From assembly GCA_964526435.1 (NCBI GenBank), contig CAZGIC010000002.1:633-64632 (forward strand): a stretch of 64,000 nucleotides of DNA, written 5' to 3'. This stretch comes from an uncultured Lachnospiraceae bacterium (GTDB lineage: Bacteria > Bacillota > Clostridia > Lachnospirales > CAG-274). Of the stretch, positions 10,001 through 17,107 are shown one piece after another. The notes under the pieces were generated by a model. That model was not told the DNA's origin. It did no database searches and saw nothing but the letters and a program-made list of their open reading frames with translations. The stretch's first letter is position 1. The number at the start of each line of letters is the position of its first letter. Position numbers and translations under genes: made by a program.

Positions 10001-10961
10001 AGTTTTATATGGCGATGACGGAACAGCTAACAATATGATTACAGTACAGGCTGAAGAGAAAGGCAAGGTAATTGTTGATTGTCAGAAAATTACAGCAGGT
10101 GTTATACACGGCGGCAGTTACTGGTATTACAAAGATATTGAATTTACTAATTCTGCCGATAATCAAAAGTGTTTCCACTTAGGCGGCAGCAACAATATTA
10201 TTGAAAACTGTGTATTCTCAAATAACGGTGATCTGGGACTTCAGATAAGCCGAATAAATGGTACTTTACAGCCTACATATGATACATGGCCTGCAAATAA
10301 CCTTATTGTTGACTGTGAGTCATATAATAACTGTGATCCAGCAATGATTAATGCTGACGGATTTGGTGCAAAGCTTACTGTAGGTGACGGTAATGTATTT
10401 AGAAACTGTAAATCTCATCATAATCTTGATGACGGCTGGGATTTGTATACAAAGGTTAATACAGGTGCTATTGGTGCCGTAACCCTTGAAAACTGTGAAT
10501 CATACAGAAACGGCTGGAGATTAAATGAAGATGGTACGGAAACACCGTACAATGCAGGTGGAAATAACGGATTTAAGTGTGGAGGAGAAAATGTTGCAGT
10601 TCAGCATGTTTTAATTAACTGTACTGCATGGGGTAACGGTAATAATGGTATTACTACAAATTCAAATCCTGCACTTAAGCTTGTCAATGTAACTGCATAT
10701 GATAATGAGGGAGCTAATATAAGACTTTACAGCGATAAACCTGAAGAATATGATTATGATGTGCAGGGTGTATATTCTGTTAATGGCGGAGTAGCCGATG
10801 TTGTGGGTACTGTTACAGAGGATACGGAATATACAAATGCAAGTGAAACACCTCTTTTAAGCACTATTAATTACTGGTGCAACAGTAATGGTGTTGGTGT
10901 AAATTCTGAAGGAAGTACATTATCCACAGTTGAAAGCATAAACAAACTCAAAAATAATTAA
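7008..10961 (+). CDS. Secreted multidomain pectate lyase, PL9-like right-handed beta-helix, without a dockerin
   Basis: 1317 aa with a signal peptide. It contains two ConA/LamG-like modules and four ~80-aa Big_3-like Ig repeats (nt ~7713-8718). The C-terminal helix carries DGTENNPYDIYTAIGFLQPGQTLILKNGTY and NADGFGAKLTVGDGNVFRNCKSHHNLDDGWDLY, as recalled for family 9 lyases. Confidence 0.75.
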   Translation: MKKRIFCAGIAIAMTLSSLGPVPSIAAIDNSWIADWTGTDGSINFSITTTDDNTVVMENTKVNNGKFSDSEDSIIYYAKEFDVSDDFEISASVTIDEYNTMDESSNPQQGSVGIAVLDSLYHKTDEISYDDGLFLGTYAESSSDDLTFRAMSRNSSSVKEISEALSDSISNTGSNLGTFNLSIKKVGNAYTLTCDDQSVVVEMTSFENTVYPCLYIARNVKATFSNVKVVKASKKPVSMSIEGSYKTDYIYGEDIDLTGIKVMVTYDDGSTEEVNDYLIKGFNSNKTGKQVVTLVEGDAKATISVQVSDLKVTDITVDFEPIKTTYAKGDLFKTEGIQVTATYSDGTSEILDEDEYVFKIDNKAIEEGDAVTSTGNKQVKVYRTDEEGISSNNVSGNFYITVNKNSIDTITVKEPNKVIYYLGDEFDATGMTVTSSYINNSGNTVEEILKKSDYTVSGFDSSTIGDKTITVTSVANPDVTATFKINVFDRQPQSIQVSEYPRTTYAVGEEFDSSDMIVSIVYDNGDIEATDNYTVDTSDFDTSAVGTTSVTIVSEGFQSVTLPVTVVAEMNNVWRSATFGQSSGYDKSSDLVGVTADNYGTVEGKINVKAWDGAGKITNDHDGMTYYYTQIAGDSDFKISADITVDRYLEHDNDDTKRNGQEAFGIMARDVIPLEGTDGSITIDPNSAVVDDEGVAVPMNNNTVFASNMVILGGYSGTGWPTDTTSASYEKNANINRINLLIRDGVTAIDGGGTRIGPYAVSSDFPKEGNKYRLTLERLNGGLMAKCYNYQTDETMEYYYYDDSFLTTQNPDVAYVGFFAARWAEITVENVDFYETSKETDRTIESSEQSVETAELYFRDDPYSTSSVYEFDLDLDNASGTITVKMNDKIIAQDRPISDVEHFTANLNTNSVNKLVAVFTPDDSLNLTSYEPIIIREEIYHKSIDQSVKTVYASPDGSFKGDGTENNPYDIYTAIGFLQPGQTLILKNGTYKLTKPIEVLYGDDGTANNMITVQAEEKGKVIVDCQKITAGVIHGGSYWYYKDIEFTNSADNQKCFHLGGSNNIIENCVFSNNGDLGLQISRINGTLQPTYDTWPANNLIVDCESYNNCDPAMINADGFGAKLTVGDGNVFRNCKSHHNLDDGWDLYTKVNTGAIGAVTLENCESYRNGWRLNEDGTETPYNAGGNNGFKCGGENVAVQHVLINCTAWGNGNNGITTNSNPALKLVNVTAYDNEGANIRLYSDKPEEYDYDVQGVYSVNGGVADVVGTVTEDTEYTNASETPLLSTINYWCNSNGVGVNSEGSTLSTVESINKLKNN

Positions 10962-10973
10962 AATAACAGACAG

Positions 10974-11001
10974 ACCTCCCTGAAATATGGGAGGTTTTGT
11001 T
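10974..11001 (+). terminator. Rho-independent terminator
   Basis: ACCTCCC-TGAAATAT-GGGAGGT followed by TTTGTTT. Confidence 0.6.
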
Positions 11002-11015
11002 TAGAGGTAAGATTT

Positions 11016-11684
11016 ATGGAATTTAAGGGATTTAATGAGTATACAAATGAATATCTTGTGGGAATAAGGTTCAATAATAACAAAGAGTGGTTTCAGGCTC
11101 ATAAGGATATGTATAATGAAAATGTTCATAATACAATCGTTGCTCTGGCAAATGAAATTTTAATGAAAATGGTTGAGCTTGATCCTGATTTTACTGAAAA
11201 ACCAAGAGTGTCAAGAGCTAACAGAGATGTCAGATTTTCAAAAGATAAGTCGCCATATAAGGTATGTAAATGGTTCTTTTTTAAAAATGCGATGACTAAT
11301 GGAAGCATACCCCACGATGCACCCGGATATTTTTTTGAAATGTCTGCTGATTGGTGGAGATATGGTCTTTTTTACGGAGATAATCCAAAGGTTATGGAAA
11401 ATTTCAGAGCGAGGATATATGCCGATCCTGCAGGGTGTGAAAGGATTCTTAAGCTTGCTGACAGACAAAATATTTTTACTCTTGAGGGAGAAGATTATAA
11501 AAGAATTTTTAACAAAGAGCTTGATCCTTATCTTAATAAATGGGTACAAAAAAAGTGGATAACTTATGTGCGGTATGAAAATTATGATAATATGGATTTT
11601 TATTCTCCAAAGCTTGTAGATACTGTTTTTGAAGGCTTTAAGAAGATATATCCTGTGTATAAGTATTTTAAGTTAGGGTGCTGA
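11016..11684 (+). CDS. DUF2461 (TIGR02453) family protein
   Basis: 222 aa. The N-terminus NNNKEWFQAHKDMYNENV and the RANRDVRFSKDKSPYK motif are as recalled for this family. Confidence 0.7.
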   Translation: MEFKGFNEYTNEYLVGIRFNNNKEWFQAHKDMYNENVHNTIVALANEILMKMVELDPDFTEKPRVSRANRDVRFSKDKSPYKVCKWFFFKNAMTNGSIPHDAPGYFFEMSADWWRYGLFYGDNPKVMENFRARIYADPAGCERILKLADRQNIFTLEGEDYKRIFNKELDPYLNKWVQKKWITYVRYENYDNMDFYSPKLVDTVFEGFKKIYPVYKYFKLGC

Positions 11685-11685
11685 T

Positions 11686-13620
11686 ATGAAAAAAACTATA
11701 GGAATACTTGCCCATGTTGATGCAGGCAAAACTACATTGTCAGATATGCTTCTTTATATATCAGGCAAGGTAAGAAATCTCGGACGGGTAAATAACAAAA
11801 CTTCAAATCTTGATACAAATGAAATAGAAAAATTGAGAGGTATTACTATATTTGCCGACCAGGCACAATTTGAATATGGTAAAAATGTATATTATCTTAT
11901 TGATACTCCCGGACATATAGATTTCTCTCCTGAAACGGAGCGTTCTCTTATGGCTCTTGATTATGCCGTTCTTCTTATAAACGGACCTGCGGGAGTTCAA
12001 AGTCATACCTTTACTCTTTTTAGGCTTCTTGAAAGTTATAAAATACCTTTTTTTATATTTGTAAATAAAACTGATATGGAAGGTTTTGATGCTGATAAAG
12101 TAATAAATGATATAAAGATTAAGCTTACTAAAAATATTGCTGTAATAGATAATATTGAAGAAAGTGCAGAAATGGCAGCAGAAAATGATGAAAATTTTCT
12201 CGAAAAGTATATTGAAGGTGAATACACTAAAGAAGATATTGTAAACAGCCTTTCTGTTCTTATAAAGGAAAGAAAACTTTATCCTGTATGTATGGGTTCA
12301 GCTTTAAGCAGTGAAAGTATAAGGAAGTTTTTTAATATTTTTGTCAGACTTACTTATACAGATTACAATGAAAATGGTGATTTTGAGGGTGTTGTTTATA
12401 AGATAAGGAATACAGATACAAGGCTTACATTTATAAAGTGTTTAAAGGGAAAAATGAATGTAAAAGATGAGCTTGAATTTGAAGAAATTGAGAAGATAAA
12501 TGAAATAAGATTTTACAACGGAGCAAAGTATGAAAATGCACAGTCAGCACAGGCAGGAGATGTTTTTGCAGTAACAGGATTAAAAAGTCCTGTTTGCGGA
12601 AATTTAATAAAGAATAAAAACAATAGTACGGAAAAAAGAAAATATATGCTTCAGTCTGCTCTTGAAGCAGGAGTAATAATCAAAGATAATACAGATGTTA
12701 CAACGGTTTTGAAAAAACTCCGAATTGTTGAAAGTGAAGAACCTTCTTTATCAGTGCATTTTAACAATGAAACTCAGGAAATTTTGATTTACGCAATGGG
12801 CAAAATACAGCTTGAGGTTTTAGAGCAGGAAGTTAAAGACAGATTTAATCTGGAAATAGGATTTAAAGCTCCAAAAATTCAGTATAGGGAAAGTATTTCT
12901 GCTCCTGTTACAGGTTACGGTCATTTTGAGCCAATGCGTCATTATGCAGAAGTTAAGCTTAGACTTGAGCCAGGAGGAAGAGGCAGCGGTATAACATTTG
13001 AGTCAAAGTGTGATAAGGAAAGACTTCCCCTTCACTGGCACAAGCTTATTGAAAAGCATATTTTTGAAAAGACTCATATAGGAATTCTTACGGGAAGTCC
13101 ACTCACTGATATACATATTGTGCTTGTTGACGGTAAAGATCATTTAAAGCATACTGAACCGGGAGATTTCAGAGAGGCAACATACAGGGCTGTAAGACAG
13201 GGTCTGGAAAAAGCTGAGAACATACTTCTGGAGCCCTATTACAGTTTTGAAATATATGCAGAATCCCAATATACAGGCAGAATAATGTCAGATATACAAA
13301 AACGGAGAGGCAGTTTTGAGCCGCCCTTACAAAGTGAAAATTCTGTATATCTTAAAGGAAGGGGTCCCATTGAGGAATTTATGGATTACGGAACAGAATT
13401 TCTTGCTTTTACAAAGGGTACAGGAACTATAAATATGTATTTTGACGGATATGAAGTTTGTGATGAATCTGTTAAAAACAGAGTGATAGAAGAAAGAGCA
13501 TATAATAAGGGGGCAGACAAGGCTAACCCTTCAAGCTCTGTATTTGCGGCAAAGGGTACTTCCTTTGTTGCAGAGTGGTATGAATGTGAACAGTATATGA
13601 GGACTTACAGTGAGGAATAA
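11686..13620 (+). CDS. EF-G-family GTPase, TetM/TetO-like ribosomal-protection homologue
   Basis: 644 aa (TetM is ~639). G1 is AHVDAGKTT, G2 is RGITI and G3 is DTPGH. The C-terminal region LEPYYSFEIYAESQY parallels TetM LEPYLSFKIYAPQEY. Confidence 0.75.
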   Translation: MKKTIGILAHVDAGKTTLSDMLLYISGKVRNLGRVNNKTSNLDTNEIEKLRGITIFADQAQFEYGKNVYYLIDTPGHIDFSPETERSLMALDYAVLLINGPAGVQSHTFTLFRLLESYKIPFFIFVNKTDMEGFDADKVINDIKIKLTKNIAVIDNIEESAEMAAENDENFLEKYIEGEYTKEDIVNSLSVLIKERKLYPVCMGSALSSESIRKFFNIFVRLTYTDYNENGDFEGVVYKIRNTDTRLTFIKCLKGKMNVKDELEFEEIEKINEIRFYNGAKYENAQSAQAGDVFAVTGLKSPVCGNLIKNKNNSTEKRKYMLQSALEAGVIIKDNTDVTTVLKKLRIVESEEPSLSVHFNNETQEILIYAMGKIQLEVLEQEVKDRFNLEIGFKAPKIQYRESISAPVTGYGHFEPMRHYAEVKLRLEPGGRGSGITFESKCDKERLPLHWHKLIEKHIFEKTHIGILTGSPLTDIHIVLVDGKDHLKHTEPGDFREATYRAVRQGLEKAENILLEPYYSFEIYAESQYTGRIMSDIQKRRGSFEPPLQSENSVYLKGRGPIEEFMDYGTEFLAFTKGTGTINMYFDGYEVCDESVKNRVIEERAYNKGADKANPSSSVFAAKGTSFVAEWYECEQYMRTYSEE

Positions 13621-13623
13621 CCT

Positions 13624-14337
13624 ATGGATTACAAAAAATATATGGATATAGCACTTGAGGAAGCAAATATTGCTTTTAATAACAATGAAGTTCCCATTGG
13701 CTGTGTTATTGTATATGATGATAAGGTCATAGGCAGAGGCTCAAATCAGAGAGTGACAAAGGGAAATGTCCTTGCCCATGCTGAAATTATTGCCATAAAT
13801 GAAGCTTGTGAATATATGGGTGACTGGAGGCTTGAAGGCTGTACTCTTTTTGTGACGGTAGAGCCCTGCCCTATGTGTGCAGGAGCAATTTTACAGGCAA
13901 GAGTAAAGGAAGTTGTATTTGGGACAAGAAACCCGAAAGCAGGCTGTGCAGGATCAATTTATAATATTTTGCAGGATGACAGATTTAACCACATTGTTGA
14001 AATAACAGAGGGAGTATGTCAGGAAGAATGTATGGGGCTTATGAAGTCTTTTTTTAAGAAGTTCAGACAAAAAAGTGACTTAAGAAACATACCCGGTGTA
14101 GGCAAAAATATGGAGCATCATTTTAAAAGTCTGGGAATAAACTCCATTGAAGATTTAAAAGGAAAAGACCCGGAAGAATTATATATTGCTGACTGCAGAA
14201 ACAAGGGTACAGATATTGACAGATGGGTTCTCTATGTATTCAGGCTTGCTGTTTACTATGCGGAAAATGAAGTCCATGATGCAGAGAAATTAAAATTGTT
14301 GTACTGGAAGGAAAAAGAGTACAGGAAAGGAAAATAA
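13624..14337 (+). CDS. tadA: tRNA-specific adenosine deaminase fused to a C-terminal helix-hairpin-helix (Cdd1-like) domain
   Basis: Deaminase motifs HAEIIAI and VEPCPMCAGAI. A ~90-aa extension LRNIPGVGKNMEHHFKSLGINSIEDLKGKDPEELY..LYVFRLAVYYA follows. Confidence 0.85.
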   Translation: MDYKKYMDIALEEANIAFNNNEVPIGCVIVYDDKVIGRGSNQRVTKGNVLAHAEIIAINEACEYMGDWRLEGCTLFVTVEPCPMCAGAILQARVKEVVFGTRNPKAGCAGSIYNILQDDRFNHIVEITEGVCQEECMGLMKSFFKKFRQKSDLRNIPGVGKNMEHHFKSLGINSIEDLKGKDPEELYIADCRNKGTDIDRWVLYVFRLAVYYAENEVHDAEKLKLLYWKEKEYRKGK

Positions 14338-14342
14338 TTGTT

Positions 14343-14981
14343 ATGAAAGCTGTTATATTTGATTTTGACGGAACTATAGCAGACAGTACCTATGTCTGGA
14401 AAAAGGTTGATGAAGATTTTTTCAGAGCAAGAGGTATGGAGGTTCCTGAAGATTATGTTGATGCTATAAGCACAATGAGCTTTGTAAGCGGTGCAGTTTA
14501 CACAAAGGAAAAATACAATCTGCCCGAAACTGTTGAAGATATTATGGCTGAATGGAATGTTCATGCACTAAGGGAGTATGCGGAGAATGTACGGCTTAAG
14601 CCCTATGCAAGGGAATACATAGCAGAACACAAAAACAAAGGATATAAGATTGGTCTTGCAACTGCATCAAATCCTGAATTTTACATACCTGTACTTGAAA
14701 GGGAGGGTATTATAAACTGGTTTGATGCCTTTGCTGACGGAACAAGCGGAGCAAGAAATAAGGATTATCCTGATATATATATATTGTGTGCTGAAAAAAT
14801 GGGTGTTAAGCCTGAAAACTGTTTTGTCTATGAGGATATTTTAAAAGGAGTTATATCAGCAAAATCTGCCGGTATGACAGTCACTGCTGTTTACGATGAA
14901 GGCAACAAAGACCGATGGCAGGAAACAAAGAAAGAAGCCCATCATTTTATAATGAGTTTCAGAGACTGCTTAAGCATATAA
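14343..14981 (+). CDS. HAD-IA family hydrolase (beta-phosphoglucomutase-like)
   Basis: Motif I VIFDFDGTIADS, motif II LATAS and motif IV YEDILKG. Confidence 0.8.
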   Translation: MKAVIFDFDGTIADSTYVWKKVDEDFFRARGMEVPEDYVDAISTMSFVSGAVYTKEKYNLPETVEDIMAEWNVHALREYAENVRLKPYAREYIAEHKNKGYKIGLATASNPEFYIPVLEREGIINWFDAFADGTSGARNKDYPDIYILCAEKMGVKPENCFVYEDILKGVISAKSAGMTVTAVYDEGNKDRWQETKKEAHHFIMSFRDCLSI

Positions 14982-15018
14982 TGGGAGTTATTGACAAAAA
15001 AACTTAATTAAAAATTAG

Positions 15019-15047
15019 TTGACATTTATACAAATAAATAGTAAAAT
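15019..15047 (+). promoter_or_regulatory. Sigma-A-type promoter of the SRP RNA
   Basis: TTGACA (15019-15024), 17-nt spacer, TAAAAT (15042-15047). The RNA 5' stem starts ~7 nt downstream. Confidence 0.6.
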
Positions 15048-15053
15048 AAAGTA

Positions 15054-15323
15054 GTCCTGTGCTAGTCGGGGAGGTAGCGGTGCCCTGTAGTCTGCAATCC
15101 GCTTAGCAGAGATTATGTCCGCACTGAGGCTTTAGTTTGTGGGGTCAGCCTGCAGGCTTTTGATGTTGACGATTGAGTCTTGCACAACGGGAACCTGTGA
15201 ACCGTGTCAGATCCGGAAGGAAGCAGCACTAAGCAGTCATTTTCGTGTGTTGCAAGGTAGCTTGGTCTGAGTTGAAACCTGTTGTAACGCCCGGAGGCTA
15301 CTGTCGAAGTGGGATGCACAGGA
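15054..15323 (+). ncRNA. ffs: Signal recognition particle RNA, long Bacillus type (scRNA) with Alu domain
   Basis: GTGCTAGTCGGGGAGGTAGCGGTGCCCTGTA (Alu domain) and CAGATCCGGAAGGAAGCAGCA (domain IV) match the B. subtilis scRNA pattern. 5' TCCTGTGC pairs with 3' GCACAGGA, and a T8 run follows. It is a local GC-rich island. Confidence 0.85.
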
Positions 15324-15384
15324 TTTTTTTTATTGAGTATAAATAAATAGGTCTTGAAAAATATGTGAATTATTATAAAAATAG

Positions 15385-15413
15385 TTGATTTTATTTTTTT
15401 TAAGGTGTATAAT
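15385..15413 (+). promoter_or_regulatory. Candidate sigma-A promoter in the ffs-spoIIP gap
   Basis: TTGATT (15385-15390), 17-nt spacer, TATAAT (15408-15413). Confidence 0.4.
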
Positions 15414-15419
15414 ATATTT

Positions 15420-15658
15420 GTTAATAAGTATTATGGTAAACTGATGAAGAATCGACATTTTAAATAAGGCGATTTTTGTAATATGGTCGAATATCTTGAT
15501 AGCAAAACTTTGTTCCCCCCAACTATCTCGGATAGTTTTCAAAGTTAGAGTTGTTTTCAGCTTTTGTTATTAAGTATCCGAGGTAAACAATGTTTTCTAA
15601 TTATATCAGTTTGTGGCAATACTGACATTCCTCCCAGTTTTCAGTACTGTCTTTTTTT
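15420..15658 (+). ncRNA. Candidate structured sRNA with a rod-like, 6S-like fold
   Basis: 15427-15445 pairs with 15605-15623 (6 + 8 bp around a 5x5 loop). 15455-15461 pairs with 15586-15593. 15495-15507 pairs with 15562-15574 (13 bp, 2 G-U). An apical hairpin lies at 15508-15544 and a T7 run at 15652-15658. There is no ORF with a usable RBS. Confidence 0.3.
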
Positions 15659-15730
15659 GTAGAAACCTGTATTTATTAACAAGCACAGCGAGATCGGAAA
15701 TTAAAAGCTGTGTTAAGCTATTAGCTGCAG

Positions 15731-15767
15731 AAAACTCTCTTCCCCCTAACAGAGAGTTTTTTGTTTT
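15731..15767. terminator. Bidirectional terminator (3' end of spoIIP; possible second stop for the plus-strand sRNA)
   Basis: AAAACTCTCT - 10-nt loop - AGAGAGTTTT, with a T-run on the plus strand and TTTTC on the minus strand. Confidence 0.6.
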
Positions 15768-15794
15768 GTACAGTATTTTAAATCATTTCTTTAA

Positions 15795-16712
15795 TTAAAA
15801 ACATACCTTAGCCAGAGCATCTGCTATTACTTCTATGCTGTTTAAAGCCTCTTCATAAGTATTTGTCTGAGCCCCAAGTTCAATGAGCATACTTTTATCT
15901 TTCATATGCAGTGAATATCTGTAGGCATTTATGTATATTTTTCTTGTAATAGAAGAGTCAAATGATGTTACGGCACACTGCATTTGGAAACTTAAGGCAA
16001 GATTTGTCTTTAAATAAGGGTTTTCAAGTCCTTCTGTAGGCACAAGATTTCCATTGTCCCATTTTCTGCAGATTCCGTTAAAGAACATAATTTTAGCATA
16101 GGATTTGCCGTCTATTGTTGTAGCAAGGCGGAGATTTTCATTAACTCCGTCTCTGTGAAGGTCAATTACAATTTGAATTGAAGGATTTTCTTTAATTATC
16201 TGAGTTATAACAGGCTCAGCTCTCTCATAGGCACCATCTCTCTGGAGTTTTCCGTCAACAACGTCAAATTTGTCTGTAATATGCAGACATTCAATACCAT
16301 ATTTATCTTCAAGTATATTTTTAAGATATTCCCCTGCCCCTATTATGCCGTCACTGTCTCCTGTGCTGTCAGCGTATTTTTCACTTCCGTGGGTGTGGAA
16401 TATGAGAACTTTCGGTCCGTTTCCATCTGTATTTATATGTAGATTTGCCTGTGACATTTCTTCTATATTAAACAAGTCATCGGGCATACCTGTTTTCTTG
16501 TCTATTGAATAAAATGTCTTTTTTATTGTACTAATATCACTTAAGTCAATATTTTCTGTATAATTGTCTTTAACTTCATTTACCGTACCTATAAATACAT
16601 TCCCCAGTTCATAAACTGATACATTTCCCAGAGTAAGTGAATTATGGCTGAATAAAAATAAAATAACTATAAAAATTGTTGAAATTGTCAGAAAAAAGCC
16701 TGTCCTGCCCAT
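15795..16712 (-). CDS. spoIIP: Stage II sporulation protein P (SpoIIP-family amidase/peptidase)
   Basis: 305 aa with an N-terminal membrane anchor. It carries VLIFHTHGSEKY, VIDLHRDG and ELG motifs. Confidence 0.8.
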   Translation of the reverse strand: MGRTGFFLTISTIFIVILFLFSHNSLTLGNVSVYELGNVFIGTVNEVKDNYTENIDLSDISTIKKTFYSIDKKTGMPDDLFNIEEMSQANLHINTDGNGPKVLIFHTHGSEKYADSTGDSDGIIGAGEYLKNILEDKYGIECLHITDKFDVVDGKLQRDGAYERAEPVITQIIKENPSIQIVIDLHRDGVNENLRLATTIDGKSYAKIMFFNGICRKWDNGNLVPTEGLENPYLKTNLALSFQMQCAVTSFDSSITRKIYINAYRYSLHMKDKSMLIELGAQTNTYEEALNSIEVIADALAKVCF

Positions 16713-17107
16713 TAAAAACCTCCTTTAAAATATATTTTTATAGAAAAATATATTTAATTAATTTTTTTTGTTTAATATGTATATTTTATAGCCGTTTAAT
16801 TGTAAATCATTGACAAAATTGACAAATTAACACTTTATTCATACTTATTTCATACATTTTTAACAATAAAAGAGTAAAATAAAATAGTATAGTGATAATA
16901 GGAAAGTTTTTCTAAATGGTAAATTGTATGTAATTTAAGTCAGATTTATTGACTCTGTTATACTTTTGGGTGTTTTTTATGCAGATCCCAAACACCTGCA
17001 ACTTATTTTATGTGAAAATATTGCCCAATATATCATATTACTGTTATATTTAAAATTTGGTTTAAATATTCTTATTATCAAAAATTTTTTAAGAAGGAGG
17101 ATATATT

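Noticed and set aside
11686-13620. TetM-like gene as evidence of a Tn916-type mobile element.
   Set aside because: There are no integrase, excisionase, conjugation or leader-peptide genes on either side. The flanks are housekeeping genes with matching composition.
15113-15319. 68-aa minus-strand ORF in a GC-rich island.
   Set aside because: It lies entirely inside the SRP RNA gene, and the GC richness comes from RNA structure.
15634-15700. Minus-strand mini-ORF MSVLPQTDIIRKHCLPRILNNKS preceded by GGGAGGA.
   Set aside because: The Shine-Dalgarno-like sequence abuts the ATG with ~1 nt spacing, and no promoter is evident. The region is better explained as part of a plus-strand structured RNA.
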